DNA of 64,000 nt from Perna viridis (lineage: Eukaryota), in NCBI GenBank assembly GCA_037379345.1, contig CM074521.1:20546704-20610703 (forward strand), written 5' to 3'. The notes under the pieces are model-generated. The model saw nothing but the letters and a program-made list of their open reading frames with translations, was not told the origin of the DNA and made no database searches. Below, in pieces: positions 51,322 through 64,000 of this stretch. How positions within the stretch are numbered: the first letter of the stretch is position 1; each line of letters begins with the position of its first letter. Made by a program: the position numbers and the translations under genes.

Positions 51322-51502
51322 ACAAAGAGTAATCAAGGGAACCAAGGTTCTAGCGGTAATAAAAAAAAATCATCCAGGGACAAATAGCGGACATACATAA
51401 CAAAGAACGCAAAGTAACAAAAATAATACATACAAAGTAACAAAAGCAAATGAGCAACGAGGACTCCACTAAAAACTGGACCAGGTGCACCGGTAGGGTA
51501 AA
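51322..51502 (-). mobile_element. 5'-truncated 3' end of the Penelope-like family
   Basis: AAAGAGTAATCAAGGGAACCAAGG...ACTCCACTAAAAACTGGACCAGGTGCACCGGTAGGGTAA. Confidence 0.7.
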
Positions 51503-54500
51503 ATATTGAAGAAGGCAGACATGAAGAAGTAAGATGGTCATAACTAAAGTTTAAACATGTCATCTGTTTCAACATATACAGAAAAAAAGGATATTTTTGA
51601 TACATTATTAAATAAATCTTTTTGGTAATTAACGAAGAAATTTGATATTCGGCTAATGGTATAGAAAGCCTAAAAAGGGAAAAATGATCTTCTGGAATTG
51701 CCGTCAAATTCTTAAATTCACATGTCTTAGATGCTCATTCATCTCTTTGCACGAAAACAAATGTCGCATTTTTCGCTTTATATAGTAAGGGTGATTTGTG
51801 CATCGAACTAATATTCTGATGGTAATAATTCTGAGGCTACTTCTTGAAGCAGGTGTACATAATATCATCAAATAGTTATATTATAAAAGATTGATATTTT
51901 CGTCCTTTTACGATATTTTCAAGCAATATTTAAAGCTTGCATACATACATGTATGTTCTTATAGCTAAAATGTTTAACAATAAAACTCCATAATTCGTTA
52001 TTTATAATCACTATGCACTAATTGAAATATTTGAAATTGTACTAAAGTGCAAGAGTTGTCTTTTAGGGACATCTGTACAGTTAGTGATTTTGGTTTTCAA
52101 AAAAGCCCAGTGTCTTTTATAGTAAGGCGGACCGAGAATTTTAAGTTGGAGAGGCCTTATTGGAATAAAAGTCCAAGCAAATCGATTCAAGAAAATGCTT
52201 GGAAATAGAACGTGTGAAAAAAACAAGATTTCATGTAAAAGATATATTCTCAGTCTATATAGGCATTAGGCTTAGCCCGCCCCCACCATGAATCAATGCC
52301 TGTCTGGCATGAAAACTCTGCACAATACAAGCCACATGCATCCTCCTAATGATTATAGTACATGTATCTTTTCCTGAGAACACTGTCAAGCCAAAGAATT
52401 CGGTCGAAGTAATATTTACCATGACGGCTACTAAATGTAATGTAGCACTGTTTTACATATGAAGTTCCCAAATGTTAGACGCATCGCTTTCAATGGTCAA
52501 AGTAGGATAAATCAATCCAAACTTGAACATTCATTGATACCGAGCTGTCTGTCATTACGGTATCAGCGTGTTAGTCTATTCTGAATACACAATAAACGTC
52601 CGAATATCCAAATAAAAATATGAGAATTCTTTTAGAAGTCCGATGGACCGAGAGGTTTCTGTGACAGGTGCGGTATTTTTTGTGTAATACTTAGGTATTT
52701 ATTAGGTAATTTGAATATGTCATGATAAAAAATACCGAGTAAACGTACATTATCATGTGTGGTATTGAATATGTCGAGAAAATGTAAAACTTAACAGAAA
52801 ATGCAAGAACAAAATTATTTTTACAGCGAACAGCCATGGTCATTGGATATGCTGCTTTGTTCAATTCCCAATGACTGCATAACTGCATATAATAACCATA
52901 TTTGTTGGTAGTGCTTTCGAAGTGATTTTTATATAAAATATCTCAAAACTTTCTTTCAAAACTAAACAGTAGAACATTAGGTATGGTTCAATGTTTAAGT
53001 CATTGTCAAAAGCGATGCATAAAAAGCAGGGAGCAACATTTGAATTGTGAAAACAAATGTTGATACTAATTAGATTTGGTTTCTGAATTTTTGTTAATTT
53101 CTTTTGAAATGGAGTTCTAGAAATCCAGATTGTAAACTTGAGAAAATGATAGTTTTCGCTAAAAAAATTTTGAAAGACGTGTATTGTATTATATTTTCTT
53201 TTGTTTTCTATACGATTCTTAACTTGGGCTATACTTAAAGAACCTTAGCCTATTTCTTTATACGATTACTATAAATATTTCTGTGTATTGTGTTTAATCA
53301 GACCTAAGAGTGCTCATAACACCTGGGGCAAAACCAAGAAAACCGGTCGCTGTAGTTAATTGCTACTAAATTTCAATAGTCTTCTAATCAATGGAATATT
53401 GTATTAATGTCGAACCATAAAGCAAGTCTACAACTAAAGATGTTGGTAAACATACTTTGCACTATCTTCCTATACAATCAGGCCGTTTAGATCCATAATA
53501 TACATGTACCTGCCTTTTCCATGTTGATTAAAAAAATTCTGCAGATAAAGAAATGTGAAATGCGGGACAAATTAAAACACGAGATTGGTACAAGAAAAAG
53601 TGCACGTGTATTCAATTTAGTAATGATTGAACTTCACATGACTGTATACCCATCGCCTATTTCCACCTATTCGAGTATTTCATTTTCTTTTTGAAAATCG
53701 AAAGGCGTGATCTTACATGTATGTGTAAGACAATATACAATCCCGTCGTTTTTATGATTCCAACGCCCTCCAACAGTCGGCAATAATATTCAAGTAATGA
53801 TGTGAATACGTATTTGGAGAACTTCTCATGATAATGTTAAGACGACACTCTAAAGCCGTATTTTATGTGCTCTTATACAGTAACAGCCATGTAGGGAACT
53901 ACCGTTTGACATTGAGAAAGAAAACTGGGAATGATATGAAATACATGTAACGTGTGTCAACTTAATTTCATCTAAAGTCCTGATTCTCTGTGAAGTTCTC
54001 GCTAAACTCTGTCTTCATTTCTTTAGCCATGACCTTACTTTCAAAAAACATGTCATTAAATTGTTTGTACCGAATAAATATTGTCCTACAATGTCCAAGA
54101 CACCCTGATTTCTCATACATTTTACATTTTCATGTAAAATAAAGAAAATGTTAATGTGCCCAAAACGGAATAGATAAGTATCTAAAAATATAACATTAGT
54201 GTATTTTGTCCATTGTTATAATTATAGTATCGACTGTGTCGGTCTGGCTTAAGCTAGATGAAGAAGGGGGAGCCAGGACGGAGTCTCTCAGAAAAAAAGG
54301 TGTTATTATATATATGTATTTTATGATTTATTTTATCGATTTTACTAATGGAAATGACAAATTTGCTAATAAAAACGAGGTGTGCTAACTCCCTACATAT
54401 CCTTGGATCCACCAACCACGAGACTACCCAAGCAAGCGGTATGTAACCCAAAACAGTTTTAAAATCGGAATTAATGAAACACATGTACTTGAATAAGAAC

Positions 54501-55697
54501 ATCGGTCAGTTTACATTGAAATAGGATGCTATTTATTTCACCGACTTGCAAAAAGTACTTCTGCAAAAAATCAACGGCAAGTAATCTTTTCTATTATAAA
54601 TTGTGATAAGTTTTTTCAGCGACATTACTGATGTTTTTGTCACTGATTGATTAGGTTGGAGGAGGCCGTGTCATACAAATTGTATATTGCTATCCTTCAT
54701 ATTTATTCACCTAACAAATTAAACGTTCCGTTCTTCACATCTGATGTACATTTTTCCAGTGTTATACTTTTATTCTTTCTACCGTTTCAACTTTCCGTAC
54801 TCTTGTTCATACAATCTCCTCCGCAGACCTATGACCGCTTCCTGATTAACTACGTATCACTACGTTAGCTGGCTCTGGTATAGAGGGTATGAACATATTC
54901 ACAAAGCATAAAACTTCTCATTACAAATCCACGAAGTTGTTTCCGCTTTATTCTACTTATTTGAATTAAATGGGGCTGAATGTAGCAGAGGTGTAAAATA
55001 GCGAATATGTAATCTCTGAAATGTTCAAATCTATTTAGGTTACAATAGATGCGTTACTGTATTTCATGTTCCGTCGCCATTTTACAATCTGTTACGGGTA
55101 GTTAGTACTAACAATTAAACAATCTGAAAAAAAAAACATGATTTCTGTCCGAATATAATCATTAGCAATGGCGGAAACATGTTCATCAACAGTTTGAAAT
55201 AATAAAAAAAATCGGTTAAAATGAGCTTCAAGTAAGATGTTCTTAAGTTAAGTTCTAATATAACTAAGAAGTACATTAGCTCCTGGTTAGCATAAGATTA
55301 TCATATATACCATTTGATGAAAAAATCAGTTCCATTTCTTAAATTTTGCAGGTTGTCAAAAGTATACCTCAATGTATTCTTGAAAAAATTGAAAGGTGAA
55401 ATGATTTCAATATTTTTTTAAAATACATGCATTGCTATCATGTATAATGTTATTCTTTAAAAAAAAAAAAACGAACAACCGTATATCAGTATACTATTTT
55501 TGCACGAGAATAACTTTCATAATATTTTGATTTAGGACAATTCATTGTACAATGTACTCGTATGGCTATGTCTATTTTCGCAATGTGAATTCACTACTTA
55601 ATTCTCCAGTTTGACAGATTCTATAATAAAACGTATATTTCCGGTCAGTTTAATTATTTATATGGACACTATGATGAGCTACAATACTCACGTCACT

Positions 55698-56305
55698 CAA
55701 GCTATACATGAAAACTTAAAGTTCTCAGTCCTACGCTTTACTGGACTGATTTGTTGCCAAGCTGTACATGAAAACTTAAAGTTCTCAGTCCTACGCTTTA
55801 CTGGACTGATTTGTTGCCAAGCTGTACATGAAAACTTAAAGTTCTCAGTCCTACGCTTTACTGGACTGATTTGTTGCCAAGCTGTACATGAAAACTTAAA
55901 GTTCTCAGTCCTACGCTTTACTGGACTGATTTGTTGCCAAGCTATACATGAAAACTTAAAGTTCTCAGTCCTACGCTTTACTGGACTGATTTGTTGCCAA
56001 GCTATACATGCAAACTTAAAGTTCTCAGTCCTACGCTTTACTGGACTGATTTGTTGCCAAGCTATACATGCAAACTTAAAGTTCTCAGTCCTACGCTTTA
56101 CTGGACTGATTTGTTGCCAAGCTATACATGAAAACTCGAAGTAATCTAAGTCTTACGCTTTACTGGACAGATTTTTTGTCAAGCTGTACACGAAAACCTA
56201 AAAGTCCTCTAAATGCTACGCTTTACTGGACTGTCTTGTTGTCAAGCTATACATGAAGACTTGAAGTCCTCTTAGTCCTACGCTTTACTGAACTGATTTG
56301 TTTTT
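55698..56305 (+). repeat. 60-bp tandem repeat: 7 near-identical plus ~3 diverged units
   Basis: Unit CAAGCT(A/G)TACATG(A/C)AAACTTAAAGTTCTCAGTCCTACGCTTTACTGGACTGATTTGTTGC, with no unique spacers. Confidence 0.97.
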
Positions 56306-57324
56306 GTCACTGTGCTTAAAGTTTAGTTTAATTATATTTTATTTGTAATGAGCAAAACGGATCAGACATAAAGTAAAATAACATACTTATGAAAGTATTA
56401 TAATTACAGTATAGACATGCACATTCATTGTGCTGTAATGTTATGTACGTCACTATAATACATGTTACATGTACATTTAGTTGCGACACTCTTTTGCCAC
56501 TAGTATACCTTGTTTCGACATTATTATCACAAGAGACAATCAATAGTGTCAATTTCTGTTCTCATCTCAAATTCTTTTGATGTTTATTCTTGTTTAAAAT
56601 GAGTTAGCGCCATATTTTGAAATATTTATTTATTATAATATTTTTCATATACATTCATGGAGTGGCGATAATTGCTTTCTGTAAGGAGTTTCGTGAAGTT
56701 TTTGGTTTGGAAAGGGGGTGGCGGTGGGATGGGGTATGGTAGAGGAAGAAGTGAAGAAGAGAATTAGATTTTGTCCGATATCTACATGTATCAAAACAAT
56801 AAACGGTTGTTTTTTTTTGTGTCCTAGTGCCTGTTCCTTTCTTTTCTTATAGCAAAATACTCTTGGGCTCTTATGTTCAGTACAGTTACGTGCATTTTGA
56901 CATTTTTCACGCAACTTAGTGTTTTTATTTATTTTTTTTTTTGTGTTACCATTGAAACACAATATTTAGGTATATTGTAATTGCGGAAGTCTTGATATGT
57001 TCAGTATTATTGTTGCACAAACTTTGTCGTACTAACATGCTCTTGCTCCGCAGTTTTTTAGTGACTTGATTTTCGGCTCATTGCTGCATGGTAAACTTTA
57101 AAATGCTCCATTCGGCATAAAAGAAAAAGAAAATGAAAAAAAAACATGTAATTATGTAAGTAAATTAAGGACGTCTCACGAATACATCTGAAGTGCATTC
57201 TACAGGTCTACTTTATGTTTGTTAATTTACATACAACCTTGAAATCCAGATATTAAATAGTTATGGTTTATGAACAGAATTTTAATATGTTTCTCTTACA
57301 GATTGACAAATTACTTTACGTCCT

Positions 57325-57328
<4 letters not shown>

Positions 57329-57387
<59 letters not shown>
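57329..57387 (+). repeat. (GA)n microsatellite
   Basis: Directly visible; a shorter one is at ~60704-60724. Confidence 0.97.
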
Positions 57388-57389
<2 letters not shown>

Positions 57390-60300
57390 AGGTTTTGAAA
57401 ACAAAATTATTGTGAGATTTAAATGCAACTTTCATTTGTTGATCAAACTGAATTATAATACATATGAAACACAGTAAAGTGAATCACACAGTTAAGGAAA
57501 TAAAATCTGAAAGAAAGAATTTTCTACTTTGTCAGAAAATGTACAAACCGGCATATATGTAATTGAGAAAAGCTCGTTTAGGGGTTCTAAATGGCATTAT
57601 TTAGTGATAAAAGGGATAAAGCATCTACATTATTGCATTTTCGGATTTGGAATTTTCACAAACTGATTGCCAAAGCGAGAAAAGTCGGGTATATTTTTAA
57701 AAGATAATGCTGGTTTTAAATTGTGGTATATTATGTACATCAGTTATGATGCAACCCTAATTGAAGGGACACTTGTTTGGAGAAATATAATAAAACAGAA
57801 AAGGACTTTCAGTTTTCTTTAATTAGTAACCTATGGTAAGAAGTACATTTGTAAAACCAACTCCAATAATTAAGTGAAAAAGAGATGTTACAAAGTACAT
57901 GTATGTCCAATATCTTATACCATAAAATACAAAGTTTTTAACCTTCTATAATGTTGATATTTGTTTATAATTGTGTAACTTCATTCATAGGGAAAAATAA
58001 ATGGATTATAGGTTCTGTCTGTCTGTTCATCTCATCAGAAATAAATATGTCCTTAAGTTAACCTATAATGTGTCTCATCTTTTATCTAAAGCACAACTGG
58101 AAAATATAATATAGCTTTTTTTAAGCTTTATTTAAATACTGGATGTTATTTCCCGTATAGACCACTTGTCTTAGCTGCCGTGGGATGACACGTGACATTA
58201 ACGATTATGACATCCATATATACAATATAAGGTTATGTAAAATAATAATGATAAGAGTAATTTTACATAACCTTTTGCATAGGACCATGTTGTACAATGA
58301 GTTAGGGAATGGATGTCTACTTTTATGTTCTGAAATTGTCCGAATTGACATTGTTAAAATTGCCTGTCCTCGACAGCGAACATGGGAGGAAGGTCTAAAA
58401 AATACCATCGTCTGCAAGTTATTATGGCTCTTCTCTTAGATAATTATAACGAAGACATACATGTATTTAATACACTACCGGCTGCTTTTGTGTAACATTG
58501 TCTTTGTGTGAAGAATTGATAACAGCTAGCTAGTGGTAATCTACGAAAATTTCTTAATGTCTCTTTAAATAGGTCATCAAACTTTGAAGTAAATTACAAC
58601 TGACCGTAAAACAATTAAGGAACATACAAAAAGGTTCTACCATACATACACCTTAAATTCCTCATATGACCATCTATCTTGTTTACTAATGTAAATATGT
58701 CTTGGCTTCGAAGATATTTACATGTTGTTATGCATACTAATGCGCTGACTTTATGTTTTAAATGTTTTATATCGGTGCTCCTTTGTGCTGAAGTGTATTC
58801 GAGTCATGTATATTCGACCGACTTTTATTTACTGCTTTTGTTTGGTTGCTCTTGAATAGTTTTATCTTCTCGCTTACATCATAAACCGCCCCCATTCCCC
58901 ATTGGAAAATACCCCCATAAAATCCTCATTGCATATTTCGTATCAAATATGCACATTATCCAGTTAAATTATATATTTTTTTTAAATTCTTTTATATTTA
59001 CACTCTTATTTATACTCAAATGCAATATATATTTCATATCAATAAAGACTAAAAATTGTCCCCTTCCTCCCCATTCAAAATCCTAATTCCCCATACACTA
59101 TCTCCATCTCCATTTCCCCATTCCCCATATACCATAGAATGGGAAGTTTTCCCCAAACAAGTTCTGTAAGATGGAGAAACTCTAAAAAAATCTTTTTTAT
59201 TGAGTTTAACGAATATATAGTATTACGAGGACAGGAAAACTAAGACACTCACGAAGAAACATCTCTTTAAGTTGAGTGCTGCTTGGTTCAATCATGGTTC
59301 GATCGGCTACATTCTTTTTTCAAATGTTAACCTAATGCTACTCATGTGGGCACTTGTCTGGTACATTTTGTAGCTGTTATGTTCCGATATGACGTAATTC
59401 AGAAAACTATTGACTTGTTCATTCTTATAGTGTGTGTCTTGAAAAGAAATTTGACGCATTAATTTGATTGGTAAATCAATGTAAATGAAAAATTCTTTAG
59501 GAATCTTAAGGACCTAGAAAATCACATTGTTTTAGTGTATCGTTTTGGCGAAATGTTTGTACAATATAAGGGTTAAAGTCGACGGGTACCAACTAAAAAT
59601 GAATTAGCTGAAATTGCGAATTCCATGCACATTTATGGATTAAGTTTTAAAAAAAAGGAAATATACACTATTTTTTATTTGAACTAGCTTTGCTTATTTA
59701 TGAGACCACTGTGGTGTACTATAAGTAAAATACTCGAGTTTGGGCACATACATGTACATTTTTTACATGTACGTGTATTTAGAATTTGTTAATGATAATC
59801 CCCAAATAAATGCATCTGTTAATCTGTATAATCATTTCTTAAACGATTCCCGAAGAACAAAGACATTGCACAAAAGAACTCATGAATACCTCTGATAAAG
59901 AAAAATTACATGTTTATAGTATGGCCTTCGGCGATAAAAGTGCAGTTAAAATACATCCCCACGCCTTTGTACTGTTATTTTTGTTTGTTTACAAATGGTA
60001 ATTCCTCTGAATAGCGCATATGGTGTGACATGCATGATAATTAGTAGAATTAATGTGACATGGGGAAGAAACATTCCTAATGTTTATTACCAAGTACAAG
60101 TGCGTTGTCATTTGTAACCATCTAACTTCTTATGTCATCAATTTGTTCGGGTATCTCGTTAAAAACTATACAAAGAATCTAATTCTTGGGGGTGCTATGT
60201 AGAACACCATATAATGAGTCTTTTGATGCAAAATAAAGAGTACAATTTGGTGTAAGCAGGTTAACTATGAGAAAAACAACCACACATCCAATGTTATGTT

Positions 60301-60749
60301 CCTTGCATTTTTATATATTCATGTATATATTTATTGTCCGAAATCAGAAGTGCAGTTTTTGCTTGCGCTGTACAAAATGTATGTAGCACTGTCAAGTTTA
60401 CTCATTTTCGGGCCCTTTTGTACTGATGCACTTGCTTTATTTGCTTGAAATTGTGAATTAGCACGTATAAGTCGTTGATTCGATAACCGGTCCCGCCAGA
60501 CCAAAGGCGCTAATATTAATATATTGTCATTGCTTCTCCGCCAAAAAACGCGACATAAAAGAGATTGATTGGCGACTTGTTGGCTCTGAGCCACGACAAT
60601 GAGTCTGAGTATGTCGCTTCTAAGAGCTAGCACAAAAAAATCGGCACAGTCTGTTGGACAGATACAAAGGAGGGTCTGTTCGATTGATCAAGTGTTTTCG
60701 TTCAGAGAGAGAGAGAGAGAGAGATTTGACACTTTATACATTGACACAC

Positions 60750-61078
60750 GATTGATTGATTAGGGTTTAACGATCTCCGGTAGAAATTTCACGCATCTCA
60801 GGATAAGTACAATTGAACAGACCCTGCTTTGTACTAGTACGACACGCTGAGCTGGATTCTTATTGTGCTAGGTCACATAAGCAACAGCTCACAGGTAGGC
60901 ATATCACCCAACTCGGACACATTATTCTGACTCCTATCCAACCAGCCTTCACTCTATCCCTTAAATACCACGTGCTTGATGGAGAAGTATAAAGTCTTAG
61001 GTATGACTCGGCCGGGGATCTAACTCATGACCTTCTACAGTCGGGGCGAGCATGTTACCTTCAGACCACCGAGGCGGT
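60750..61078 (-). mobile_element. tRNA-derived SINE (resembles bivalve Meta-domain SINEs)
   Basis: Minus-strand head ACCGCCTCGGTGGTCTGAAGG (A-box-like) and GAGTTAGATCCC (B-box-like). Core GTCAGAATAATGTGTCCGAGT...CTAGCAC...CTAGTACAAAGC. Tail CGTTAAACCCTAATCAATCAATC. Family name is from recall. Confidence 0.8.
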
Positions 61079-63666
61079 CAATTTAGATAAGAAATATGGA
61101 AGAAATTGAACTATTTGTATGACCTTATTACCTTACGTGTCCTTGCTGACATGTTTTACACATTTACCAATCATGTCTGCCATTAACATGTGCATTGTAA
61201 TTGACAGCTCATAGATCGGTAATTGACTCTTACTTGTCCAGGTGTAAAGTGACAGGTAACAGGTCAGGGACAGGTCTTTTATTTGGAAATTGGTTATGAT
61301 TATCGGCTTATTCGTCTTGAATATGTGGCAGATGTGTGCAAATAGTCCCTTTAAGTGCATGATGCACGTGTACATTTAAAGTCATAAGTTTTTTGGTTGA
61401 AATCCTGCCATAGATGTTTAACCATCATAATACTTCCGCAATTCGGCGTCTATCTTTAAAATAGCTCTAAACTGCTTAAGAAAGTGGGTAAATTGTTAAA
61501 AGATGTAGTTGTTACAAGTAACAGGAACAACGCATTAAGTACATGTAAACAAATTTTAATTTTGGACTATTGTACCTTGTAAAATATGTATGAAATAGCT
61601 GAAAGAAGTAGAACATAAGTTCTTGATTAAAAGGCTTTAAAAATAATTTCCTCTCGTTTTTATTTCATCTCAAATGGCCTTCAAGAGAGTGATACTCATG
61701 CATTAAATGCTTAAATGCTTAAATGTTTTTTTTTCATACATTGTATATATTGACCCTTCGCATACAGACAGCATAACTTTCAAATTAAGTTTTAAAAATT
61801 CTTTATGATCATGTACATTATATAATGTTTATGTCCGTGGTCAGGTATAAGGATTGACAATGAAATATATATGTAAGACAAGGTCATAATGACATGCTGT
61901 TTTTCATATTTTAAGATTATATTTTGTGACAACAGTAAAATGTGATAATTAATGTGAGACGTAGGTACAGAGTAGGTTATATATCTGGACCTTTCCGTTG
62001 ACCTTTATACACATAAATTGTTTGGGAAGGGCAAACGTGTGTTTATGTCTTTTTTCGAAATTCATATTGACGCTTATGGTACAGGAACACAAACCGTTCA
62101 TTCCTTTGTTCCAAAAAATGTTTTTGATCACTGACTACATAAATTGCAGATCATTATCTACCAATCGTTGGGTGAATAGATATATTTCAAATGAAGTTGG
62201 TACTTTTGAGTTCGACTGTTTCATTAGTTTTTTTCAGTGGCATGCTTATTTAAACGCAATTTTCCGAAAAGAACAACTTAGTGTATAATCCAATTGACAG
62301 TTTTCCGTAAATATGAGTTTAAGGATGCCATAAATACATCAAATCTTTCTTATTCTTAGTTTTTTGTTTGACTTTTAACATATTCATGCATTCAATTTAT
62401 TAAAGACTAAAATTACATTATATTGTCAAAGTACAAAACCTTATATTAAGAAAATAGCATTTTTGCAAAAGTTAATTAAAGGGAAATTTTCAATGACAGA
62501 TGTAATGTATTTTTAGAAAATAAAACAGTCATAAATGTCGGAATCGTATGTTACACAAAAACTGCAATTAAATACGCTTTTCCAGGGTGATTTTATTATA
62601 GTTTTAATTAAATGTATGGAGTGTATCAAGTATAGGCATACCTAAGAGTCATGCAGAAGATTATACTGTTGGTAGTGCAAATGTATCTTGTATGTCCCTT
62701 TAGTGAGATAAAACCAATCCCAAAAAATAAAGAGGAGAACAATCAAACCTTATGGCGTGAACTAATTAAGTAATATTTTTAATTTTTGAATAGGTTATAA
62801 CGGAATTTGCATGTAAGTCAATGTAAAGTGTAAACTGCCGTAAACAAGGTTACTTTGTATAATCTATAAAATTAGAAAATTATATAATTTAACTTCTAAT
62901 GTATGATAGACCAAAGATTAAGAATTGATTCGTAATAAAAATATTTATTTGTGATGAACTTAATCGCGGAGTGCGGACTAATTGACGTTAATGACGTCAT
63001 ACTACTAAACCATGTTACATAAAAATAACATGGTTTGCTCGCAGAAAACCAACCAATTAGAAGGCTTGTTTAAATTAAAATTAAAATTAATTTTCGATGG
63101 AATTGAATTTAACTTATTGACTTGTTTCATTACATCTCACACTTTAAATGCAACTCCTTTTTTTCACAATGTTTTTCTTCTTATAATTAATGATAATTTT
63201 TTTTGAAGATTTTATGGTGTTAAGGAAGTTGACAATAGCTGTAGTCTTTTCCTCATTTGCATTGTTCTTAAGTAAACCTGTACTTAATTGGATTGATATG
63301 TCGATACAGTAAGGATGTGATATACATAGAACAAAATGTTGGTTTTATTTTGTGTCAAAAGTATATTTGTAGCTATTGGAAGAAATAAATGTTAATACCA
63401 CGCGTGGGTCCAAGGTCGGGCGTGCCGGACGTATGCCCCTCCCTCGAATTGAAAAAAAGAAAGATTTTGTATGCATAAAATCTTGAAAAAAACATATACA
63501 CGTGTAAAAATCAAAAACGAATAATGAAAGGAAGAGAACCGTGGTGGAGTTTTTATGTGAAAAAAGAAGGATCCTTTTAATACATTGGCATGATAAAAAT
63601 AAGGCTTTCTCTTGCATACGAGAACGATTATTTATTAAGTTATTTTATTTTGTCTTCCAGGTAGTA

Positions 63667-64000
63667 ATGATGAACTGTATTGTAATAATGACAGTGATTC
63701 TGTCGATATTGAGTCCCAGCCTGACAAACCATCTTAGACCGCCCTACTACAGAGGCGGGTACCCATATCAATACCAATACCAATACCAACCTCCCCTTCA
63801 AAGAGCCACACAAAAACCGAAAACAACAACGACTACCACAACGGCTGCCACAACAGTTGGTGAATACGAGCCACCAGAAATGGAAGGTGTGACATCAACT
63901 ACTACGACCACACCAAAGCCAACGACGAAAAAGCCTGCTGGTCCTCATTACCCAAATTATTATGTGAATTATAACCACCAATACCCGGCATACAATTACA
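63667..64000 (+). CDS. Gene E (runs off window end): secreted Tyr/Pro/Thr-rich protein
   Basis: Acceptor ttttattttgtcttccAG ends at 63660. My translation: MMNCIVIMTVILSILSPSLTNHLRPPYYRGGYPYQYQYQYQPPLQRATQKPKTTTTTTTAATTVGEYEPPEMEGVTSTTTTTPKPTTKKPAGPHYPNYYVNYNHQYPAYNY..., with no stop in 111 codons. Confidence 0.88.
   Translation, partial: MMNCIVIMTVILSILSPSLTNHLRPPYYRGGYPYQYQYQYQPPLQRATQKPKTTTTTTTAATTVGEYEPPEMEGVTSTTTTTPKPTTKKPAGPHYPNYYVNYNHQYPAYNY

Noticed and set aside
55698-56305. Possible CRISPR array
   Set aside because: Units are contiguous and near-identical with no unique spacers, there are no cas genes, and the context is eukaryotic.
61000-61078. tRNA gene
   Set aside because: A/B-box-like head continues into SINE body and tail; no complete cloverleaf.
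62982-63000. CRE-like TGACGTCA upstream of gene E (another at 30472-30479)
   Set aside because: An 8-mer can occur by chance in 64 kb, the context looks repeat-derived, and the first exon of E is not located.
47000-63600. Short ORFs of 60-124 aa across the 47-63.6 kb interval
   Set aside because: AT-rich, mostly non-ATG or repeat-derived, with no coherent exon chain. Small or non-coding exons cannot be excluded.

Overview
AT-rich animal genomic DNA with spliceosomal introns and one 185-nt N gap. The repeat types and protein motifs are most consistent with a bivalve mollusc (inference from recall, not searched). No prokaryotic features, rRNA/tRNA genes or CRISPR arrays were found. There are two gene systems. 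(1) A cluster of predicted secreted, low-complexity proteins, each with its ATG just after a splice acceptor and one large coding exon: A (6558-9533 +); a Pro/Gln-rich exon (11169-12334 +) that joins in frame to the first 178 codons of A; B (16205-19747 +); D (23654-22335 -); and E (63667 to window end +, absent from the ORF track). Three of these share a [TY]-E-[AP]-P-E motif. (2) A tandem array of three 3-exon paralogues (C1 pseudogene, C2 and C3 intact). These encode type I membrane proteins: signal peptide, ~230-aa domain starting with a fibrinogen/NEC-like motif, Thr-rich stalk, CxCxC, conserved juxtamembrane segment and TM helix. The rest is intergenic or intronic DNA with SINEs, Penelope-like retroelement fragments, MITEs, two minisatellites and microsatellites. 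All gene models were read by eye from splice signals and reading-frame phase and need RNA-seq confirmation.
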